37,373 nucleotides of DNA, taken from Elusimicrobiota bacterium (lineage in GTDB: Bacteria; Elusimicrobiota; Elusimicrobia; Elusimicrobiales; UBA9959). Positions 17,089-27,078 of the stretch are shown piece by piece; positions within the stretch are counted from its first letter, which is position 1; each line of letters starts with the position of its first letter. The DNA lies in contig DAIENX010000090.1 of assembly GCA_027340875.1 (NCBI GenBank), forward strand, positions 1 through 37,373. The letters run 5' to 3'. The notes below the pieces were generated by a model. That model was given only the letters and a program-made list of their open reading frames with translations, had not been told where the DNA came from and did not search any database. The position numbers and the translations under genes were made by a program.

Positions 17089-17214
17089 TAGTTTAGCCGC
17101 AAGCGGCCTCCCTCGCCTGAGGCGGCGGACCCGACCCGGCCCTGTATTCTTTCCCATAGCTTTTGCCCGGGCGGCTTACGCGCCGGAATGCAGTAAAAAC
17201 GCGGATTAGTTACG
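17089..17214 (-). promoter_or_regulatory. Conserved upstream element, copy G
   Basis: TAGTTTAGC(17089)-N17-GCCTGAGGC(17115)...TTGCCCGGGCGGCTTACG(ends 17180)...GATTA-GTT-ACG(ends 17214). Confidence 0.8.
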
Positions 17215-17330
17215 CGAAGCGGCGGACCCGAAAGACCCGTGAACCTGATCGGGGGGACCGGGAAGACCTGAAACTTTATGGACCGCGGCGCATCTAATAG
17301 ATGAGACCCGACTTTCGCAAGGACGCAAGA

Positions 17331-17687
17331 ATGAATCCAGACCCGGAAACCCTCAAATCCTATATCCTGCCCGCCGGCGTAGCCGGCTTCCTCCTCTACC
17401 GCTACCTGCGCTTCAGAGCCGTCAAGAAGCGCCTGCCCGGCCTTGCCGCTGCCGGCGCGGTGTTCGTGGACGTGCGCTCTCCGGCAGAGTTCGCCTCCGG
17501 CAACAGGCCCGGGAGCCTGAACATCCCGCTCGACGATATAACCGGCGGAGCGAAGAAACTGGATAAGACCCGGACCATAGTGCTCTGCTGCGCCTCCGGC
17601 GCCCGCAGCGGCGTAGCAGCTGGCATCCTGAAGAGCATGGGCTTCAAGAACGTGATCAACGCCGGGTCCTGGCAGAATACGCTTTAA
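17331..17687 (+). CDS. Membrane-anchored rhodanese-like sulfurtransferase
   Basis: FVDVRSPAEF...NIPL...CCASGARS active loop; N-terminal TM helix; AAGGA RBS favours ATG 17331. Confidence 0.9.
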   Translation: MNPDPETLKSYILPAGVAGFLLYRYLRFRAVKKRLPGLAAAGAVFVDVRSPAEFASGNRPGSLNIPLDDITGGAKKLDKTRTIVLCCASGARSGVAAGILKSMGFKNVINAGSWQNTL

Positions 17688-17728
17688 GACGCGTGCGGAG
17701 CCGCGCCCGGTTTTTATAGAATCTGTCC

Positions 17729-18490
17729 ATGAGGAACCTCATCTTCCTGCCGCTGGCCGCGCTGCTCGTTTCCTGCGCCACCGTGCCTTACACCAACAGG
17801 CACCAGTTCAATATCATCTCCGCCCCGGAGGAGGACAAGATGGGCCTCCAGGCCTGGCAGGAGGTGCTGTCCAAGGCCAAGCTCTCCGGCGACGCCCGGG
17901 CGGCCGCGATGGTGGAGCGCGTGGGACGGAGGATAGCCGCCGCGGCGGACCAGCCGGGCTATGACTGGCAGTTCAAGCTTATCGACGACCCGAAGACGGT
18001 CAACGCGTTCTGCCTGCCCGGCGGGCGCGTGGCCGTCTACAGCGGCATACTGCCGCTGACGCAGGACGAAACAGGCCTGGCCGTGGTGATGTCACACGAG
18101 GTCGCGCACGCGCTGGCCCATCACGGCGCCGAACGCATGAGCCAGGGCGAACTGGTGAGCCTGGGCGGGACGGCCCTGCAGATGGGCATGTCCAACAAGG
18201 ACCCGAAGGTGCAGCAGCAGGTCATGAACGCCTTCGGCATGGGCGCCAACGTCGGAGTGCTGCTGCCGTTCAGCCGCAGCCACGAGGCCGAGGCGGACCA
18301 CATAGGCCTCATCCTGATGGCCAAGGCCGGCTACGATCCGCGGGCCGCCGTCCCTTTCTGGCAGCGCATGGAGGCCTCCGGAGGCAAGAAACCGCCGGAG
18401 CTGCTCTCCACGCATCCATCGGACGCTCAGCGTATAAAGAAGATAGAGGCGGAGCTGCCGGAAGCCCTGCGTTATTACCATCCGCAATAA
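17729..18490 (+). CDS. M48 family zinc metallopeptidase lipoprotein (Oma1/LoiP-like)
   Basis: Lipobox LVSC; NAFCLPGG, HEVAH, FSRSHEAEAD and LSTHP motifs. Confidence 0.95.
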   Translation: MRNLIFLPLAALLVSCATVPYTNRHQFNIISAPEEDKMGLQAWQEVLSKAKLSGDARAAAMVERVGRRIAAAADQPGYDWQFKLIDDPKTVNAFCLPGGRVAVYSGILPLTQDETGLAVVMSHEVAHALAHHGAERMSQGELVSLGGTALQMGMSNKDPKVQQQVMNAFGMGANVGVLLPFSRSHEAEADHIGLILMAKAGYDPRAAVPFWQRMEASGGKKPPELLSTHPSDAQRIKKIEAELPEALRYYHPQ

Positions 18491-18508
18491 GGCCCTGCCC
18501 GGAAAATG

Positions 18509-18536
18509 AAAAGCCCCCGCGGGAACGGGGGCTTTT
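18509..18536. terminator. Bidirectional intrinsic terminator between convergent genes
   Basis: AAAAGCCCCCG-CGGGAA-CGGGGGCTTTT between the M48 gene and pilC. Confidence 0.88.
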
Positions 18537-18557
18537 TCGCGTCCGGCCGGCGCGGCC

Positions 18558-19760
18558 TCAGCCGACCATTTCGCCGAGGCTGAACATCGGCATGAACATA
18601 GCGATGACGATGGTGCCGATGACGACGCCGAGGAAGATCATGATCAGCGGCTCGAGCATCGAGGTGAGGCCCTTCACGGCCGTGTCGACCTCCGTGTCGT
18701 AGAAGTCGGCTATTTTCGTGAGCATCGTGTCCAGGCCGCCGGTCTCCTCGCCCACGCTGATCATCTGGATGACCATCGGCGGGAAGATGTTGGCCTTCTT
18801 GAGCGGGTCAGAGATGCGGCCGCCCTCCTTGATGGACTTCTGGCTGCCGTCGATGGCCTCCTCGATGACCTTGTTCCCGGCGGTCTTGGCCACCGTCTCG
18901 AGGCCCTGCAGGATCGGCACGCCGGACTTGATCAGCGTGCCCAGCGTGCGGCTGAACTTGGCGATGGCCACCTTCTTGAGCAGGATACCGAATATGGGGA
19001 GCTTCAGCGCTATCTCGTCCACCTTGCGCTCGCCCTTGGGCGTCTTCATCCACTTCTTGAAGCCCCAGACCCCGCCGCCTACCGGCGGGATCATGAACAG
19101 GATGTAGTGCCTGAGGAAGTCCGAGATGTTTATCAACTGCTGGGTAATGAAGGGCAGCTTGGCGCCGAAGCCGGCGAAGATGTCCTTGAAGATCGGGATG
19201 ACGAACACGATCAGGAAGATCGTGATTATGCCGGCTGCGCTGAACACCACTATAGGGTACATCAGCGCGCTCTTGACCTTGCCCTTCAGCGCTTCGTTGG
19301 ACTCGAGGTAGGCGGAGAGGCGCTCCAGGATGGTGTCCAGGATGCCGCCGACCTCGCCGGCGCGTATCATGGCCACGTACAGCTCGGTGAAGGCGTTGGG
19401 GTGCTTCTTCATCGCGTCGGCGATGGAAAGGCCGGCCTCGATGTCGGTGCGCAGGTTGTTCAGCACCAGCTTGAAATTGGGGGCTTCGGCCTGCTCTGAA
19501 AGTATCGTGAGGCCCTGGACTATGGGCACGCCGGAAGAGACCAGCGTGGAGAGCTGTCTCGAGAAAATGACGACGTCCTTGTTGTCTATCTTCCCGCCCA
19601 GCTTGCCCTGCTTTCCGGCCTTGCCCTTGGCTGGCTTTATCTCGGTGACGGAAAGGCGCTGGCCGCGCAGGCGGCCCAGGGCCGCCTTTTCGTCCGCGGC
19701 CTCTACCGTGCCTTCGGTCTGCTTGCCTACGGAATCTTTGGCCTTATACGCGAATAGCAT
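18558..19760 (-). CDS. pilC: Type IV pilus inner-membrane platform protein (T2SSF family)
   Basis: FSRQLSTLVSSGVP, AGEVGG.LD, ALMYP, GEETG.LD and LEP motifs; follows pilB-pilT. Confidence 0.95.
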   Translation of the reverse strand: MLFAYKAKDSVGKQTEGTVEAADEKAALGRLRGQRLSVTEIKPAKGKAGKQGKLGGKIDNKDVVIFSRQLSTLVSSGVPIVQGLTILSEQAEAPNFKLVLNNLRTDIEAGLSIADAMKKHPNAFTELYVAMIRAGEVGGILDTILERLSAYLESNEALKGKVKSALMYPIVVFSAAGIITIFLIVFVIPIFKDIFAGFGAKLPFITQQLINISDFLRHYILFMIPPVGGGVWGFKKWMKTPKGERKVDEIALKLPIFGILLKKVAIAKFSRTLGTLIKSGVPILQGLETVAKTAGNKVIEEAIDGSQKSIKEGGRISDPLKKANIFPPMVIQMISVGEETGGLDTMLTKIADFYDTEVDTAVKGLTSMLEPLIMIFLGVVIGTIVIAMFMPMFSLGEMVG

Positions 19761-19767
19761 CGTTCAC

Positions 19768-20844
<1,077 letters not shown>

Positions 20845-20880
20845 ATATGTTCGCTCCTGATCCCGTACTTAAAAATCCGT

Positions 20881-22704
<1,824 letters not shown>

Positions 22705-22758
22705 CTATATAATACAATAATTCAGAGCGGCGCCAGCGCCGGCGGCGCGCGGCCGGCC

Positions 22759-25116
22759 TCAGAAAAGCTCTTCGTCGGACTCCTGCGCCTTGAGGTATTT
22801 CACCTGTTCCGGTTCCAGCTGGGGATTCTCGAACCCGGTGGGGTCCTGCTCCTGGGAGCCTGCGGACGGCTCGTCAGGCAGCGGCAGTATCGGGATCTCC
22901 TTGGACGAGGCCTTGCGCGCGGCCTTCTTCCTGGCGGGCTTCTTGGCCGGAGCCGGAGCGGCGCTGACGCTCTTGGCCTTGGAGGAGGAGTCCAGCAGTT
23001 CTATGGCGTTGTTGTTGATACCCCTAAGGATGTCCTGCTTGGCGGCGTCCACCTCGAACTGGTAGATCAGCGGGTCCTGCTTGGGCCTCAGCAGGCGGTA
23101 CTGGACCACCAGTATGTCCCCGTGCAGCGGGGTGGCGGTCCACTCCTCGTTGGCGCCGCCGGAGGTGGACAGGAAGGAATTGGCGAACCAGCTGGCTATC
23201 GTGCCGCGGCCGCCGGAAAGCTTGTAGTTCTTCACGATGTCCAGGGCCTTCTTGATGTTCTCGCCGGCCGGGGGCTGCGCGGGAACCGGCTGGGGCTCGG
23301 GCTCCGCCTGGACCGGGGCCGTGGAGGCCTCCGGGGCGGCTTCCGGCTGCTGCGCTTCCGGCGCGGCGGCGGGCTGCTGGGCCGCGTCGGCCTTGGGTTC
23401 TATCTGGCTGGCCATCGCGGCGGGACGCTTCTTGGTGCCCAGGTTCAGCATGGAGAACTCGGAGAAGCTTACCCCCTCTCCGAGGAAGAAGTAACCGAGG
23501 CCGCCGGCGGCTATGGAGCCGAAGATCACCATTATGGCTATGAAAGCCGTGCGGCCGCCCCGCCGCTGCTTGGTCTGGGGCTTCTCGGCCTCCTTCTCCT
23601 TGGCCTTGCCCTTCTTCTCGGGCAGCTGTATGCGGCGGGTCTTGTCCGGGGAATCGGCCTCGGCCGCGGCGGGGGCTTCCTTCGGGGCGGCCGCCGGGGC
23701 GGGCTCGGGCTGAGCGGAAGGAGAGAAGGTCTGGGCCTGAGGGGCCGCGGCGGCAGCGGGCTGAGCCGGCGCGGGGACAGGCGTGGGAGCTGGAGCCGGA
23801 GCCGGCGCGGGCGCATGGAAGACCACCGGCTGCACGGGCTGGAACTGCGGCGCCGGAGCCGGCTGCGGGGCCGGGCGCGGGGCCTGGGCCTGAGGCGCCA
23901 TCCCCATGTCATAGGCAGGCGGCTTCGCCGGCTGCTGGCCGAAAGCAGGCTCTATCTGGGGCCTGGTCTCCAGCTGGAACTTCTGGACATCGTCGCGCTT
24001 GGGAGTTACGACAGTAAAATCATAGACGATGCCGCCGGCCTGCTGAGGCAGCGGCTCCAGCGCCTCGGGCTTGAACGCGCCGGGCGGAGCGACTTCGGGG
24101 CCGGGCAGCTCGTTGTCCTGACGGGAGCCGTAAACGTAGGCGGGAGGCTGCGTCTGACCAAGGCTCTTGAGCTGCCTGCTGGTCATGCCGGCCTCGCGCG
24201 GCTCCTCCTTCCCCTCCATGCCGACAGTGCTCTCGAGGCGGATGGTGGAGGCCGGCTTTATGCTCTTGAAGGTCCGCGCCTCTATCTTGGGGGCAGTGAC
24301 TTCCTGCGGCCCAGGTGCCGCCGCGGCGGGCTGGGCGGGCGCGGGAGCGGCCTCGACGGGGCCGGGCTCCGTTTTGGGAGGCTCCGCGGCCTGCGGCGCG
24401 GACGGGGCCGGCATGGCCTTGGGCGCCTGCGCCTGGGGCTCTTCCTTAAGCGAAAGCTCTTCCTTCCTTATCTCTTCCAGCTGGCGCCTGGCTTCTTCCT
24501 TCTCTTTGAGTTCGGCGATGACGCGGGCCTCTTCCAGTTCCCTGGAGGCCCCGGAGGAGGTTTCGCGCTCCCCCTTCAGCCTGGCCTCGAGCTCCTGGAT
24601 ACGGGCGGCGTTCTTCCTCTCCTCCATCTCCTTCATCCGTATCTTCTCGAGGAGGAGGTTCTTCTCCCAGCGGGCGGCCTCCAGTTCCTCCTGGATGCGG
24701 GAGAGGCGTATATCGAACTTCTCCGCCAGGTCGTAATCGGTATCCGCCGGCTTGCCGGCGGCGGGGGCCTCCTTATAGGCGCCCAGCACGTTATCGATGG
24801 CGTCAAGCAGCTCGCCGTAGCCGGAAGGTGTGGCGGGAAGCTCCTTGTTCTCGAAATAGCTTATGGGAGAGCTGAAGCCGGTCTCGTACTCGAAAGTCCC
24901 GGCGGCTACGCCCGCCGTGACCATGTGGCCGGAGCCTACGCTGAGGGCGGCGGCGATCTCGGCGACCTGGGCGGCCGGCCGCCAGTCCCCGGGGTTGTCT
25001 CCGGTTGAGCTTTCAGGGCAGACCAGGCTTTCCTCGGCGAAAGCGGGAAGGGCCAGCAGTTCTGCCGGCTCGTACGGCCCGAGGATATTGCCTTCCGAGT
25101 AGAACCAGTATTTCAT
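22759..25116 (-). CDS. GYF_2 (DUF4339)-like bitopic membrane protein with coiled coil and long Pro/Ala linker
   Basis: YWFY..GNILGPY...L....SLVC...DWRPA.QV.EI N-terminus; charged coiled coil; TM helix AFIAIMVIFGSIAAGGLGYFFL; C-terminal extracytoplasmic domain. Confidence 0.78.
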   Translation of the reverse strand: MKYWFYSEGNILGPYEPAELLALPAFAEESLVCPESSTGDNPGDWRPAAQVAEIAAALSVGSGHMVTAGVAAGTFEYETGFSSPISYFENKELPATPSGYGELLDAIDNVLGAYKEAPAAGKPADTDYDLAEKFDIRLSRIQEELEAARWEKNLLLEKIRMKEMEERKNAARIQELEARLKGERETSSGASRELEEARVIAELKEKEEARRQLEEIRKEELSLKEEPQAQAPKAMPAPSAPQAAEPPKTEPGPVEAAPAPAQPAAAAPGPQEVTAPKIEARTFKSIKPASTIRLESTVGMEGKEEPREAGMTSRQLKSLGQTQPPAYVYGSRQDNELPGPEVAPPGAFKPEALEPLPQQAGGIVYDFTVVTPKRDDVQKFQLETRPQIEPAFGQQPAKPPAYDMGMAPQAQAPRPAPQPAPAPQFQPVQPVVFHAPAPAPAPAPTPVPAPAQPAAAAAPQAQTFSPSAQPEPAPAAAPKEAPAAAEADSPDKTRRIQLPEKKGKAKEKEAEKPQTKQRRGGRTAFIAIMVIFGSIAAGGLGYFFLGEGVSFSEFSMLNLGTKKRPAAMASQIEPKADAAQQPAAAPEAQQPEAAPEASTAPVQAEPEPQPVPAQPPAGENIKKALDIVKNYKLSGGRGTIASWFANSFLSTSGGANEEWTATPLHGDILVVQYRLLRPKQDPLIYQFEVDAAKQDILRGINNNAIELLDSSSKAKSVSAAPAPAKKPARKKAARKASSKEIPILPLPDEPSAGSQEQDPTGFENPQLEPEQVKYLKAQESDEELF

Positions 25117-25193
25117 AGGTCCAGGTAGAGAAATTCTACAACCTGGCTATTTAGAATGTAATACAAAAATGTGGCGATTTTGTTACAGGGGTC

Positions 25194-25305
25194 GGCAGGG
25201 ATTGCTCCTCCCGGAAACCCGGCTTACTGCAAGGAAACCGTTGCGCGGTTTCCCCCCGAAGCGGGGCCCCCCTTCCCCAAGGGTTTCCTGGAGGAGCACC
25301 CTGCC
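25194..25305. repeat. Structured palindromic element (MITE/REP-like), copy 1
   Basis: Long stem GGCAGGG-TGCTCCTCC-GGAAACCC / GGGTTTCC-GGAGGAGCA-CCCTGCC enclosing two hairpins; core 25233..25276 matches 28813..28870 in reverse orientation. Confidence 0.72.
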
Positions 25306-25444
25306 TCCGCATCACGCAGAAACGAAATCATTAAGCCGCGGCCTTTAATGATAGGCCGTCCGCTCCGGCACTTGGCCCTGCGCACTAAAGGCTCCCTCGG
25401 GGAACATGCCGGCTCCTGCATCAAGATCACGGCAGGTGAAAAAC

Positions 25445-25583
25445 TGGAGCGGGTGACGAGGACTTTGCCGAGGAAGGCCGTCGCGGAGGCCCGAGCTTGC
25501 ATAGCGCGAGGGCCGAGTGACGAGCGGCGCGAACGGTGTTTGCGACCGCGTGCCTGACGAGACAAATCCTCGGCAGGACCCGC
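25445..25583 (-). pseudogene. 3' remnant of tRNA-Gly interrupted in the T-loop
   Basis: Minus strand: GCGGG-TCC-[110 bp]-AAGT-CCTCGT-CACCCGC-T-CCA; acceptor strand and U73 discriminator typical of bacterial tRNA-Gly; 5' half absent. Confidence 0.65.
25466..25575. mobile_element. 110-bp insert with perfect 9-bp terminal inverted repeats (MITE-like or intervening sequence)
   Basis: TGCCGAGGA (25466-74) / TCCTCGGCA (25567-75); internal hairpin GTCGC-GGA-GGCCC...GGGCC-GA-GTGAC. Confidence 0.55.
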
Positions 25584-25601
25584 GAACTTGCAGGCCTGCC
25601 G

Positions 25602-27044
25602 TTACAGTCTGTTTATGGCTAAAGCGATCCGGCGGAGGGCTTCGTCCCTGCCGAGCAGTTCGGCAATCTCTATGGCGCCGGTAGGAGTCACAGTCATGCC
25701 GGAAAGGGCTATGCGCAGCGGCCACATTACAGCACCCAACTTAAGCGGCTTCTGCGCAGAATAGCCCATGACACCATTAAGCAGGGGATTAAATTCCCAA
25801 GCATCCACTCCGGAAAGCAGACCATGCAAATCAGTAAGTGTCTCCTTGCATGATTCCAGCGTGGTCTTATTCTTCTTGTTGACGAACAACTCCGTGGAGT
25901 AGTTCTCGTCAAAGCCCGTCAGGAAAGAGGTCATAGCCGGCAAGTCCCCCAGCTTCTCCACCTTGCCCTGTATGTAGCCGGAAAGCTTTTTCGCGTCGAA
26001 GCCTTTTATAACGGTATCGGGATAGAACTTCAGGAAAAGCTCGTGGGCCTTCTCCGGAGACAGCGCCTTGACGTGCTGGGCATTGAGCCAGGTCATCTTG
26101 GTCTCGTCGAATATCGCCGGGGCTTTTCCTATGCGCGCTATATCGAAAGCCCCAACAAGCTGGTCCTTGGTAAAGAACTCCTGCTCGGTGCCGGGGTTCC
26201 AGCCCAGCAGCGCTATATAGTTCAGTATCGCCTCCGGCAGATAGCCCTTGGCCAGCAGGTCAGAAAGGGCCGCGCTGCCCTCTCGCTTGGAGAGCTTTTT
26301 TCCGTCGGGACCCAATATATGCGGCAGATGTATATGTTCCGGTATCTCCCAACCAAAAGCCCTGTATAGCAGTATATACTTCGGTGTGGAGGAGATGTAC
26401 TCGCAGCCGCGCATCACGTGCGTGATGCCCATCAGGTGGTCGTCCACTACGTTGGCGAAGTTGTACGTGGGGAAACCATCGCGCTTGAGCAGTATCTGGT
26501 CGTCGAGCTGCTTGTTCTCCACCACGATGTCGCCGTAGATGAAGTCCTTGAAGGAGGTGGAGCCCTCCTTATCTATCTTCTGCCGTATCACGAAAGGCAG
26601 TCCGGAGTCCAGCTTCTGCTTGATCTCGGCCTCGGCAAGGCGGCCGCAGCGGCCGTCGTAGCCGAATATCGACTGTCCCTCATCAGGCTCGCCCGGCTCC
26701 TCCTGCTTCTCCGCCTTCTCGCAGAAACAGCGGTAGGCGCGGCCTTCCTTCACGAGCTGCTCGGCGTACTGCCTGTAGAGCGGGCGCCGCTCGCTCTGCG
26801 TATAGGGACCGACGGGGCCGCCCATGTCCGGGCCCTCGTCGTGCTCGAGGCCGGTGACGCGCAGGCTCTCGTAGATCACCTTCACGCTGTCCTCCACCAG
26901 GCGCGCCTGGTCGGTGTCCTCTATGCGCAGTATGAACTTCCCGCCGTTCTTCCTGGCGTGCAGATAGGCGTACAGCGCGGTGCGCAGGTTGCCTATGTGC
27001 ATGTAGCCCGTAGGGCTGGGCGCGAATCTGGTCCTTACTTCCAT
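25602..27044 (-). CDS. gltX: Glutamate--tRNA ligase
   Basis: RTRFAPSPTGYMHIGN, LRIEDTD, PTYNFANVVDD and KLSKR motifs; helical anticodon-binding domain. Confidence 0.97.
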   Translation of the reverse strand: MEVRTRFAPSPTGYMHIGNLRTALYAYLHARKNGGKFILRIEDTDQARLVEDSVKVIYESLRVTGLEHDEGPDMGGPVGPYTQSERRPLYRQYAEQLVKEGRAYRCFCEKAEKQEEPGEPDEGQSIFGYDGRCGRLAEAEIKQKLDSGLPFVIRQKIDKEGSTSFKDFIYGDIVVENKQLDDQILLKRDGFPTYNFANVVDDHLMGITHVMRGCEYISSTPKYILLYRAFGWEIPEHIHLPHILGPDGKKLSKREGSAALSDLLAKGYLPEAILNYIALLGWNPGTEQEFFTKDQLVGAFDIARIGKAPAIFDETKMTWLNAQHVKALSPEKAHELFLKFYPDTVIKGFDAKKLSGYIQGKVEKLGDLPAMTSFLTGFDENYSTELFVNKKNKTTLESCKETLTDLHGLLSGVDAWEFNPLLNGVMGYSAQKPLKLGAVMWPLRIALSGMTVTPTGAIEIAELLGRDEALRRIALAINRL

Positions 27045-27078
27045 GTTGTGGTCCTCTTGGTCCGCTGATTATCCTGAA

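Noticed and set aside
2802..17214. Repeated element as integron attC sites
   Set aside because: No RYYYAAC/GTTRRRY pair and no end-to-end palindrome; copies lie before start codons, several genes lack one, and no integrase is in the window.
25171..25725. Small ORFs in the gltX-downstream region
   Set aside because: They run across hairpin elements and the tRNA remnant and show no protein-like motifs.
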